Shown here one piece after another: positions 25,483-33,861 of a stretch of DNA of 49,687 nucleotides (positions are counted from its first letter, which is position 1; every line of letters starts with the position of its first letter). The notes beneath the pieces were generated by a model that searched no databases, was not told where the DNA came from, and saw only the letters and a program-made list of their open reading frames with translations. This DNA comes from an uncultured bacterium (GTDB lineage Bacteria; RBG-13-66-14; B26-G2; WVWN01), in the NCBI GenBank assembly GCA_964631855.1, contig CAZWAM010000002.1:50603-100289 (forward strand), in the 5' to 3' direction. The position numbers and the translations under genes were made by a program.

Positions 25483-26165
25483 TGGCCGAACCGTTAATAA
25501 GGCTCCGCGACATAACCAAAATTTACCAAATGGGGGGCGAAGACGTCGTCGCCCTTAAAGACGTCAACCTCGACATCGAGCGCGGCGAATATTTCGCGAT
25601 TATGGGGCCTTCGGGCTCGGGCAAGTCCACGTTGATGAACGTCATCGGCTGCCTCGACGTTCCGACGACCGGCTCCTATCACCTTAACGGGCAAGAAATA
25701 GCCGCGGCCACCGAAGACGAACTCGCGGCGATACGCAACCGCGAAGTCGGCTTCGTATTCCAAACCTTCAACCTCCTCCCACGCGCCACGGCCTCTAAAA
25801 ACGTCGAGCTCCCCCTGATATACGCCGGCATCCCGCCCGAGGGGCGACGGAAGCGCGCGGCCGAGGTCCTCGCCGCGGTAGGGCTCGCCAAACGCGGCCA
25901 CCATAAACCAAACGAAATGTCGGGCGGCGAAAGGCAACGCGTCGCCATCGCCCGCGCCCTCGTCAATCGCCCCTCCGTCGTACTGGCCGACGAGCCTACG
26001 GGAAATCTCGATACGAAAATAGGCGACGAAATATTATTGGTATTTCAACGGATAAACGACGAAGGGAAAACGGTCATCGTCGTTACGCACGACCCGGACG
26101 TGGCCGCGCGGGCACAAAGGACCATCTTGCTCCGGGACGGCCGCGTCGTCGAGGATACGCGCTAA
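25482..26165 (+). CDS. ABC transporter ATP-binding protein, MacB/LolD type
   Basis: GPSGSGKST (Walker A), LSGGERQRVAIARAL (signature), VVLADEPTGNLD (Walker B), VTHD (H-loop). The start overlaps the upstream stop (TGATG). Confidence 0.93.
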   Translation: MAEPLIRLRDITKIYQMGGEDVVALKDVNLDIERGEYFAIMGPSGSGKSTLMNVIGCLDVPTTGSYHLNGQEIAAATEDELAAIRNREVGFVFQTFNLLPRATASKNVELPLIYAGIPPEGRRKRAAEVLAAVGLAKRGHHKPNEMSGGERQRVAIARALVNRPSVVLADEPTGNLDTKIGDEILLVFQRINDEGKTVIVVTHDPDVAARAQRTILLRDGRVVEDTR

Positions 26166-26189
26166 AATAAAAACCGCCCCGAGGGGCGG
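26164..26189 (-). terminator. Rho-independent terminator of the radical SAM gene (possibly bidirectional)
   Basis: ccgccc / gggcgg hairpin. On the minus strand it is followed by TTTTTaTTTT. Confidence 0.6.
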
Positions 26190-26207
26190 CGGGGGGAGAG
26201 TATTTTT

Positions 26208-26984
26208 TCAATATATATCGGCGGGCACGCCGGCCTCTTCGCATACGCGCCGCGCAATCGCCGCGAGCCGTTCCCGCGGGACCATCTGGACGCCCGCCCG
26301 CGCTACGGGCCGGTCCGTAGTATAGACCTGCACGCTCGAGGGTTTGACGACGCCCACCGCGCGAACGTAATCGGCGACGGCCTCGTCGTCGGCGTTGCCG
26401 GGATTCCCGGTTATGAAACACGACTGTACGGCGAAGTTATCCAAAGTGCCGAGACCTTCCAAAACGTCGTCGAAGCGATCGCCGGTCACGGGATTATTGA
26501 CCGCGGCAAAAAGCTTTGCGGATCCGGCGTCCAGTTTCATTATGGGCGCGTCCAACGACGCGAGGGCGGCCTTGATCGTTGGTTCGCCGACGGTGCTCGA
26601 GTTCGAGAGTATAGCCAGCTTAGCCGTCGGGCACCGCTCGTCCCGCACGGACAGCACGGCCTCGACCATCGCGGGAAAACGCGGGTGCAGCGTCGGTTCG
26701 CCGTTGCCGGAGAACGTAATATAGGCCGGCGCGGGAATCGTCGCGAGCGCCGCGGCAAGCGCCTCGACGACGTTGTCCACCGACGGCAATATATTCTCCA
26801 AGCCTTTGCTCGAGGCGACGTGACACGTCGTGGGGCCGTACTGGCAATAGACGCAGTCGAACGAACAGACGTTGGCCACGGTCGAGGATAAATTGATACC
26901 CAGCGACGGCCCGAGGCGCCGGGAGGCGATGGGGCCGTAGATAACACTCTTTTGTAACGCAAGGAACGCCACGGCGCATATCAT
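26208..26984 (-). CDS. Radical SAM protein (no SPASM-type extra Cys clusters visible)
   Basis: CSFDCVYCQYG is a CxxxCxxC motif preceded by IYGPIASRRLGPSLGINL. ITFSGNGEPTL is the GGE-like motif. ATG 26984 with GAGG upstream is preferred over TTG 27008. Confidence 0.85.
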   Translation of the reverse strand: MICAVAFLALQKSVIYGPIASRRLGPSLGINLSSTVANVCSFDCVYCQYGPTTCHVASSKGLENILPSVDNVVEALAAALATIPAPAYITFSGNGEPTLHPRFPAMVEAVLSVRDERCPTAKLAILSNSSTVGEPTIKAALASLDAPIMKLDAGSAKLFAAVNNPVTGDRFDDVLEGLGTLDNFAVQSCFITGNPGNADDEAVADYVRAVGVVKPSSVQVYTTDRPVARAGVQMVPRERLAAIARRVCEEAGVPADIY

Positions 26985-27031
26985 AAAATAAATGCCGACC
27001 TCAGACAATAGTAAATGAGGGGTGTCGCGCG

Positions 27032-27229
27032 ATGGCCGAATGCAAGCTCGAGGAAAATCTGACCTCCTGCAATTGTACGTACGAACCGTGCAGTCGGAAA
27101 GGGCGCTGCTGCGAATGTATAACTTTTCACAGGTCGATGGGCGAACTGCCCGCGTGCTACTTCGACGCCGCCGCGGAACGGACCTACGACCGGTCCAAAG
27201 GCCACTTCATCCGTTGCCGAACGCGCTAG
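27032..27229 (+). CDS. Small Cys-rich protein (9 Cys in 65 aa; resembles the DUF6485-type CxCTYxxCxRKGxCCxC pattern)
   Basis: ATG with GAGGGG 9 nt upstream. The motif [22 protein letters not shown] is present. It is divergent from the radical SAM gene. Confidence 0.6.
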   Translation: MAECKLEENLTSCNCTYEPCSRKGRCCECITFHRSMGELPACYFDAAAERTYDRSKGHFIRCRTR

Positions 27230-27239
27230 CGGAAAATCG

Positions 27240-27268
27240 TTGACCCGCGGCGCGGCATAGTTTATATT
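27240..27268 (+). promoter_or_regulatory. Sigma70-like promoter upstream of the glycosyltransferase
   Basis: TTGACC at 27240-27245, a 17-nt spacer, then TATATT at 27263-27268. Confidence 0.5.
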
Positions 27269-27316
27269 TTTTAGGGTCGTTCTCGGCTTTTGACGAAAGG
27301 TATTCGTTACCCAAAG

Positions 27317-28000
27317 ATGAAACTCTCGATCGTAATTCCGGCCTTTAATGAAGAGGCCACGGTTAAAGAGATAATCGACCGCTGCCGGGCGTTGCCGCTC
27401 GACAAAGAGGTAGTAGTGGTCGACGACGGCTCGAGCGACGGCACAGCCGACGTTCTCGCGAAAGAAGACGGCGTCGACGGCGTCACGGTCCGCTACCACG
27501 AAAAAAACCGCGGCAAGGGTGCCGCGATACGGACCGGCATCAAAGAATGCAGCGGCGACATAGTAGTCATCCAGGACGCCGACCTCGAGTACGTCCCGGA
27601 AGAATTTCCCAACCTGATCCAGCCCATCGTCGAAGGGTACGCCGACGTCGTCTACGGCTCGCGCTTCCTGGGGACCCACCGCGTATTCAAGGTCCTCCAC
27701 TACTTCGGCAACAAGCTCCTGACGCTGATAACCAACATCCTCTACGACACGATGCTCACCGACATGGAGACCTGCTACAAGGCGTTCCGCGCCGAGGTTA
27801 TAAAGAACGTAGAGATAAAGTCGGACCGCTTCAACTTCGAGCCGGAGATAACGGCGAAAGTTTTTAAACAGAAGAAACTCCGCGTATACGAGATGCCGAT
27901 CTCGTACCACGGCCGAGACTACGACGAGGGCAAAAAGATAACCTGGCTCGACAGCATACCGGCGCTCTGGGCCCTCATTAAATACCGTTTCACCGACTGA
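27317..28000 (+). CDS. Family 2 glycosyltransferase (polyprenyl-phosphate sugar synthase-like)
   Basis: MKLSIVIPAFNEE, VVVDDGSSDGT, NRGKGAA, VIQDADLEY (DxD). ATG 27317 gives the canonical N-terminus. Confidence 0.9.
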   Translation: MKLSIVIPAFNEEATVKEIIDRCRALPLDKEVVVVDDGSSDGTADVLAKEDGVDGVTVRYHEKNRGKGAAIRTGIKECSGDIVVIQDADLEYVPEEFPNLIQPIVEGYADVVYGSRFLGTHRVFKVLHYFGNKLLTLITNILYDTMLTDMETCYKAFRAEVIKNVEIKSDRFNFEPEITAKVFKQKKLRVYEMPISYHGRDYDEGKKITWLDSIPALWALIKYRFTD

Positions 28001-28170
28001 AAATGCTACGGTTTTTCCCGGTGGCGTGGTCGGCGGCCGTCATAGGGCCGGCAAAGCAGGGACGAAGTACGTAACGCGCTCCGCGCAAGGTGCCGGCTTA
28101 GCAGGCCGAAGGATGGCAAGAAACGGCGAGAGGAACGCGCTTTGACGGGTTACGCGGAATAAAATCAATT

Positions 28171-28827
28171 ATGATATTAAAGTGCACGACGTGTAGCCTT
28201 CAGATCTGCAGCGCGGGCCCGGCCGCGGGGAAATACCCCGACTTCTGTCCCGCGACCCAAGCGCCCGAAATATTGGCGGAAGCGCGAAGGGTTTACGCTG
28301 ACGACGAAATAACGCGCGTCGTCGCCGCGGAAGCAGCCCGCACGGAGGCCGCGGGGTACTGCCGCGAAACGCGCGTCGAAGAGATTATGAGCTTCGCGCG
28401 GCGGCTGGGGGCGTCGCATCTCGGCGTCGCGTTCTGCGTCGGTCTGTGTCGCGAGGCGGCACTCGCGCAGGAGATCTTCGAGGCCGGCGGCTTTCGCGTA
28501 AGTAGCGTATGCTGTAAAGCCGGGGCTATTCCGAAAGAAGAGATAGGCCTCCGCGACGACGAGAAAGTAAGGCCGGGGCAATTCGAGGCGCTGTGCAACC
28601 CCGTCGCCCAAGCGCGCCTTCTCGCCGGCGCGGGGACGGGATTGAACGTCGCCGTCGGCCTGTGCGTGGGGCACGACAGCCTCTTTTTTCGTCACTCCGC
28701 GGCGCCGGTTACGGTCCTCGTCGCCAAAGACCGCGTCACGGGCCACAACCCTGCCGCGGCACTTTATACCAGCCGATCCTATTACAGACAACTACTCATC
28801 GCTAAGCCAGCGAACTCGAGCGAATAG
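28171..28827 (+). CDS. DUF1847-like Cys-rich metal-binding protein
   Basis: N-terminal CTTCSLQIC..(13)..FCP, and GLCVGHDSLFF...APVTVLVAKDRVTGHNP as I remember for DUF1847. Confidence 0.65.
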   Translation: MILKCTTCSLQICSAGPAAGKYPDFCPATQAPEILAEARRVYADDEITRVVAAEAARTEAAGYCRETRVEEIMSFARRLGASHLGVAFCVGLCREAALAQEIFEAGGFRVSSVCCKAGAIPKEEIGLRDDEKVRPGQFEALCNPVAQARLLAGAGTGLNVAVGLCVGHDSLFFRHSAAPVTVLVAKDRVTGHNPAAALYTSRSYYRQLLIAKPANSSE

Positions 28828-28836
28828 GGGGCAGCC

Positions 28837-29790
28837 GTGCAAGCGCTGGTCATAGAAGACGGAAAATTTTCCATAGATGAATCGTACGCGAAGCCGGTGC
28901 CCGAGCGCGACGAAGCGGTCATCAAAGTAAAATACGCCGGCATCTGCGACACCGACGTTCAGTTGGCGTCGGGTTACTTATCTTTCGAGGGGGTGGCCGG
29001 CCACGAGTTCGTGGGTGTCGTCGAGGGCGGCTCGGAGGCGTGGCTCGGAAAGCGCGTCGTCGGCGAGATCAACTGCCCGTGCGGCGTATGCGAACACTGC
29101 TTAGGGGGCCGGAGCAAGCATTGCACCTACCGCACCGTGCTCGGGATAGACGGCCGCGACGGCTGCTTCGCCGAGTATATAATGCTGCCGACGGCGAACC
29201 TGCACGAGGTTCCGGCGGCCTTAGCCGACGAGAAGGCCGTCTTCGCCGAGCCGTTGGCCGCCGCGGTCAACGTCGTCGAGCTGACGCACGTCGCGCCGAC
29301 GGCTGAGGTCGCGGTCGTGGGCGACGGCAAGCTCGGCCTGCTCGTGGCCCAGGTCGCAAGCCTCAGCGGCGCGGACGTCGTCGTCGTAGGCCACCACCCG
29401 CGCCGCGCCGACAAACTCGCCCAAATGGGTCGGCCGGTCCCCATAATAAAACCCGACGACGCGCCCGGCGGTCACTACGACGTCGTCGTCGAGTGCACGG
29501 GTGCCGCCGACGGCCTGCAGCACGCCCTCGGCTACGTCCGCCCCCGGGGGACCGTCGTCCTGAAAACCACCATCGCGGACCCGTACAACGTGGACCTCGC
29601 GCCCGCGGTCGTCAACGAGGTCGCGGTCGTGGGGAACCGCTGCGGGCCGTTCCCGCCGGCGTTAAAACTCCTAAGCGAAGGCCTGATAGACCCGACGCCC
29701 TTAATCGAAGAGATACATCGCTTCGCTGAGCTGCCGGACGTGCTCGCGCGCGGCGCGCCGGGCCTGAAGCACCTCATAAAGTTCGAATAA
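28837..29790 (+). CDS. Zinc-dependent medium-chain alcohol/polyol dehydrogenase family protein
   Basis: GICDTD, GHEFVGVV, structural-zinc Cys cluster CPCGVCEHCLGGRSKHC, Rossmann VVGDGKLG. The start codon is GTG. Confidence 0.88.
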   Translation: MQALVIEDGKFSIDESYAKPVPERDEAVIKVKYAGICDTDVQLASGYLSFEGVAGHEFVGVVEGGSEAWLGKRVVGEINCPCGVCEHCLGGRSKHCTYRTVLGIDGRDGCFAEYIMLPTANLHEVPAALADEKAVFAEPLAAAVNVVELTHVAPTAEVAVVGDGKLGLLVAQVASLSGADVVVVGHHPRRADKLAQMGRPVPIIKPDDAPGGHYDVVVECTGAADGLQHALGYVRPRGTVVLKTTIADPYNVDLAPAVVNEVAVVGNRCGPFPPALKLLSEGLIDPTPLIEEIHRFAELPDVLARGAPGLKHLIKFE

Positions 29791-29822
29791 AAAAGGCGGC
29801 CGCAAGGCCGCCTCTTCTTTTA
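29788..29822. terminator. Bidirectional Rho-independent terminator between convergent genes
   Basis: ggcggcc-GCAA-ggccgcc hairpin flanked by AAAAAA and TcTTcTTTT. Confidence 0.7.
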
Positions 29823-29830
29823 CGAAAAGC

Positions 29831-31150
29831 TCACCTTAACCAATCTAATTTATATACGACGGCTTCGCGGTAATTATTTAAAAGCAACATATCCGCGTCG
29901 GGCGTAATGTTTCCCGATAACCTACCGTTTACCCTACCCGCTAAACGGATTTCACCCACTAGTCTATCGCGGCGTAATATTACGGCGCCGGTATCGTAGT
30001 CGCCACTTTTAACACCGCATTGGTATGTTAAAAGTACCACTTCCCCGTCGTTCGAAACATATCCCCCGCGGATAGATGAGGCGATTTTCCGGTTTTTAAT
30101 CGTACGTACGATTTTACCCGTTTCGGATTCGAATAAGGTAATACCGGCGGCCCGGTCCGGGATTAAAGCTATGTACTCTTCATTATCCGAAACGAAAAAC
30201 TGTAGTCCCGGATGCCCTTTGCCGAGCTTGCGCTCCCATAATTTTCCCCCGTTGGCGTCGTATACCTGTATGCCGCGTTCAGATTTCGGGTGGTCGGTAT
30301 CGGTAAGCGAGTTCCCGTGGGGGTCGACGACGTCTTCGCGCTTAATGAAAAACCCGGTCTGTACGATGATATTCCGAGAACCATATATATTGTAGTCCCC
30401 GTTCAAACACGCAGACCTACAAGCGAAATTAGGGTCAAGGTGTGTAATTACTCTCCCCGTTGCGGAATAAACGGCAGTACCGCCGGGCCAATCGCTCGGA
30501 ACGTAGGGGGTTTCGCCCACGAGTAAAAAATCGCCCTCTTTCGATACCGCGTGGAACGGGGCGACGGGCCCTTTAACTTCCGACGCGTTTCCGTCTTTGT
30601 CTATGAGCGTTATGCGTCCGTGGAAGTCGGAAGCGAAAAAAACCGCGACGTAGTCGCCGTTGGGCGATATCCGCGGATAACCTTCGGCACGCTTCTCCCA
30701 TATCAAACGGCCTTCGCTCGAATACAATTTCTTCGTATCAGGATACGCGTTTAAAAAATCGCCGCTTGTAGGTCTACAGACCCCTTCAATAGTTAGGTAA
30801 GCACTCCCGTCGCGCGCTGGAAAATACATCGTTGGGTAGGATATACCGCTTAACGCCACGTCCTTAAATATAATCTCCCCTCTTTCGTTCAAAAAAATTA
30901 AACTATTTATTCTTGGCACCTGGTAATTATTCAATACGTACCGAAAGGGAATGGCCACCTGCCTCTCCGGGGCCAATCGTTCGTTTAAGTTGAAGACAAC
31001 CTTGCCGTCTACGATCGCGAGGACCTTCTCGAACTTAACCGCCGCCTCGTCCACGTTATCGAACTCGAACGCGGCGCCGCTGCTTGCCGCGGATAATATA
31101 GTCGTACCGAGCGCGATAACGCGTCGTACTACAAGTCTACGGCTAAACAT
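29831..31150 (-). CDS. Exported beta-propeller-like (TolB/WD40-like) protein, unknown function
   Basis: Signal-like N-terminus. Recurrent SP(N/D)G.Y(V/I)A-type blade motifs (ISPNGDYVAV, VSDNEEYIAL, VSNDGEVVLL). Noticeably lower G+C than its neighbours. Confidence 0.7.
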   Translation of the reverse strand: MFSRRLVVRRVIALGTTILSAASSGAAFEFDNVDEAAVKFEKVLAIVDGKVVFNLNERLAPERQVAIPFRYVLNNYQVPRINSLIFLNERGEIIFKDVALSGISYPTMYFPARDGSAYLTIEGVCRPTSGDFLNAYPDTKKLYSSEGRLIWEKRAEGYPRISPNGDYVAVFFASDFHGRITLIDKDGNASEVKGPVAPFHAVSKEGDFLLVGETPYVPSDWPGGTAVYSATGRVITHLDPNFACRSACLNGDYNIYGSRNIIVQTGFFIKREDVVDPHGNSLTDTDHPKSERGIQVYDANGGKLWERKLGKGHPGLQFFVSDNEEYIALIPDRAAGITLFESETGKIVRTIKNRKIASSIRGGYVSNDGEVVLLTYQCGVKSGDYDTGAVILRRDRLVGEIRLAGRVNGRLSGNITPDADMLLLNNYREAVVYKLDWLR

Positions 31151-31153
31151 AAC

Positions 31154-31303
31154 TTAAGGCTCCCCCACGCCTCCCGCGGCGCCCTCCAATTTCTTTACGC
31201 GCTCCTCGAGCGCGCGGAGACGTCGCGCCTGCAAGAAGTCGCCGATTAAATTGATAACGTATAACAACGTAAGAAAAGAAAGCCATATCGCTACCCATCT
31301 CAT
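31154..31303 (-). CDS. Unlisted 49-codon ORF: small membrane protein (one TM plus a short charged helix)
   Basis: My own translation gives MRWVAIWLSFLTLLYVINLIGDFLQARRLRALEERVKKLEGAAGGVGEP. GGAGG lies 8 nt upstream of the ATG. The ORF starts 15 nt after the upstream gene's TGA and ends 3 nt before the next ATG. Confidence 0.4.
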   Translation of the reverse strand: MRWVAIWLSFLTLLYVINLIGDFLQARRLRALEERVKKLEGAAGGVGEP

Positions 31304-31318
31304 CTCGTCTTCCTCCGC

Positions 31319-33211
31319 TCAGTCGAATAGGGTCCAGTTGAACCCCACGTACGTGCGCATCCGCCGCGGCACCGAGTAGCCGGGCCTTATCACGTAATCG
31401 CGCGCGCGGTTTATGTTCTCGAGGTTACAGTACAACTGAAACGATACGACGGCAATCGAGACGTGCGCGCCCAGCTGCCAGTACGCCGGGAGCTCAAACC
31501 GGTACGGAATCTTTACGTCGGCGGCCGGCTCGGGTACGACCCTCTCGGGCGCCGGCGCCACGTTCCGCCGCGCGCCCGTATATTCGACGCGCGCCTCACC
31601 CCGAATCGCCAAATCGTCTTTGAAGAAACGCTGCAGGTACCCGAACTTAGCGAAGGCGCGGTGCCGCGGTACGAAACCTACCTCCTCGCCGTCCGCGCGC
31701 CGCGCGTCCGTATAACAGTAGCTCGCGCCCCAATCGAACCAGGGCGGTAGCGCGCCCTCCGCCGATGCCTCGAGCCCCCGGCGCTTAAGCTCCGCGGTCC
31801 AGTCGCCCTCGCCGTCGAGGTAGACGTCGTTGCCGCGGCTGTCGAAGTAGGCGATGCCCGCCTCCGCGACGCGCTTACGGTAAAGGCGCACGCCGGCCTC
31901 CCAGCCCCGCTCACGCGTTACCTCTTCGCGCCGGCCGAACTCCGCGGCCGCGGGAAGCCGCACGCCGCCGCTGAAAGAACCGTACGCCTTCAAGCCCGGC
32001 GCGAGCAAGGCCGACGCCGCCAGGCGAGGGCTCAGTGCGCCCCCCTTCCCCGCAAGCGCGTCGTAACCGGCGCCGGCCGCGAGGTAAAGCGAGTCCGCGG
32101 GCTTTATTTCCTCCAAGAGCCGCGCCGACGTTATAACGGCCTCTTCGCCGGCGTCGACGTTGGCCCGGGCGCCGCCCCCGCCCTCGAGCGTCAGCGCGCC
32201 GTTGCCCGAATGCGACAGGGTATAGGAAACGTCGCCCCGTCCCTCGTACGCCCTCGTCTGGTAGAGTCGCCGTTCCTCGGCGTCGTGGAACCAGCTCTTG
32301 GTCAATACGTAGTACCCCGAAGCCCGTAAATCCCCCTCCCCCCAACGCCGCCGGCCCGCGACGCGAACGCGGTCATGCCAGCTCTCCTGCAGGCCCGGCG
32401 CCCGCGGAACCGTAAACTTCTCGCGGACCTCCTCCCAACTCCAGGGATGCAAGACGGCCTCGTAGCCGCTGAAATGGCCGTACGTTACGTCGAGCTCACC
32501 CACGTCACGCCAGCGCCGAGCCACGCGGCCGTCGACGTTAGAGGAGGCGTCGCGGTCGCCGCCGTTCGGCTCCAACGTAAGTATGCGATTGCCGCTCGCG
32601 AAGAGGTCGACGCCCCGCGCCGTCATGCCGAAGTTGAATCGATACCGCTCGGTGTCGAAAGAGCCGTCGGCGGCGGAGAGCAGCGCGCGCGCCGATTCAC
32701 GCGGCCCCTTCATCGTTTCAACCGCGACCACCCCCGCTACCGCCCGGTCGCCTAGCCGGTACGACGCCGGGCCCATTATAACTTCCACCCGCGCAATTGC
32801 CTCTACGGGAAAGACCTTAAGGTCCGCCCAGCCGGTAGCGAGGTCGTTGACCGGCACGCCGTCGACGAGGAGCAAAACCTCGCGGCCGCTCGAGCCGCGG
32901 AAGCGGGGCGTCATCGTCGGCCCCTCCCGGCCCGGAACGTATTCCACGTAGATGCCGGCTTCCTCCGCCAAAACCTGCCCCAACCATAAATAACCTCGGT
33001 TCCTTAAAAACTCGCCGTCCAAAACGCGCGCGCTCCCAGGGAACTGAGCCGCGAAGAGGGGAACGTAACCGCCTCCCGTGACGACCTCAGCGCCACCGTA
33101 ACGCTCTTCGGCCGGGGGCTCGAGCTCGTAGTAGTAAGGAAAGTCTTCCTCGGCGTAGGCGGTGAAGGTCCACGCGCCAAAACAAACACCGAGCACCGTT
33201 TTCCTTAACAT
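31319..33211 (-). CDS. TonB-dependent-receptor-like outer-membrane protein (plug plus beta-barrel)
   Basis: Signal peptide and a plug-domain pattern (RGSSGREVLLLVDGVPVNDLATGWADL...IARVEVIMGPAS...AGVVAVETMKG). A long Gly/Tyr/Arg-rich barrel region follows, with an aromatic-rich C-terminus. Confidence 0.7.
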   Translation of the reverse strand: MLRKTVLGVCFGAWTFTAYAEEDFPYYYELEPPAEERYGGAEVVTGGGYVPLFAAQFPGSARVLDGEFLRNRGYLWLGQVLAEEAGIYVEYVPGREGPTMTPRFRGSSGREVLLLVDGVPVNDLATGWADLKVFPVEAIARVEVIMGPASYRLGDRAVAGVVAVETMKGPRESARALLSAADGSFDTERYRFNFGMTARGVDLFASGNRILTLEPNGGDRDASSNVDGRVARRWRDVGELDVTYGHFSGYEAVLHPWSWEEVREKFTVPRAPGLQESWHDRVRVAGRRRWGEGDLRASGYYVLTKSWFHDAEERRLYQTRAYEGRGDVSYTLSHSGNGALTLEGGGGARANVDAGEEAVITSARLLEEIKPADSLYLAAGAGYDALAGKGGALSPRLAASALLAPGLKAYGSFSGGVRLPAAAEFGRREEVTRERGWEAGVRLYRKRVAEAGIAYFDSRGNDVYLDGEGDWTAELKRRGLEASAEGALPPWFDWGASYCYTDARRADGEEVGFVPRHRAFAKFGYLQRFFKDDLAIRGEARVEYTGARRNVAPAPERVVPEPAADVKIPYRFELPAYWQLGAHVSIAVVSFQLYCNLENINRARDYVIRPGYSVPRRMRTYVGFNWTLFD

Positions 33212-33271
33212 AACCGGCCGAGGTTATCATATAATTAAAACATAATCAAAACTAAACAAAGGCCGCGCACG

Positions 33272-33727
33272 ATGGCAAAAGTCGACGACGTACGCTTTAT
33301 GAGGGAAGCGCTGGCCGGGGCAAAAAAAGCGGCCGCCGCGGCCGAGGTCCCCGTGGGCGCGGTGGTCGTCGCGGACGGCCGCGTTATCGCCCGGGGGCGC
33401 AACAGGACCGAGGCCACCGGCCAAGCGATCGCCCACGCCGAGCTCGAGGCCCTGCGTAAGGCGAGCGGCGCCTACCGCGATTGGCGGCTCAACGGCAGCA
33501 CCTTATACGTAACGTTGGAGCCGTGCCCCATGTGCGCGTTCGCCGCGGTCCTCGCGCGCGTGGACCGCATCGTCTTCGGCGCCGCGGACCCGAAATTCGG
33601 CGGCTGCGGCTCAGTGGTCGACGTCCCGGCGGGGCCGTTCAACCACCGCGTGGCCATCGAGGGCGGCGTCCTCGGCGAAGAATGCAGCTCGGTACTCCGC
33701 GAATTCTTCCGGGGGCGCCGCAAATAA
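33272..33727 (+). CDS. tadA: tRNA adenosine(34) deaminase
   Basis: HAELEAL and PCPMCAFA zinc-ligand motifs; 151 aa. Confidence 0.93.
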   Translation: MAKVDDVRFMREALAGAKKAAAAAEVPVGAVVVADGRVIARGRNRTEATGQAIAHAELEALRKASGAYRDWRLNGSTLYVTLEPCPMCAFAAVLARVDRIVFGAADPKFGGCGSVVDVPAGPFNHRVAIEGGVLGEECSSVLREFFRGRRK

Positions 33728-33861
33728 CGTGACGTGCGCCGAAACGCAACTTTACCAAGCGGTAAAATTAGTTTACTTAATTGGTATACTTTATTAAATA
33801 TATTAACCGAAACTAAGCGCCCGTGGTCAACGGAACTCGCCGACAAATGGGGGGCGAAAAT

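Noticed and set aside
26981-27910. 309-aa minus-strand ORF covering the small Cys-rich gene and the glycosyltransferase
   Set aside because: It is antisense to a GT2 gene with clear motifs. Its wobble positions are not G/C-biased in this frame.
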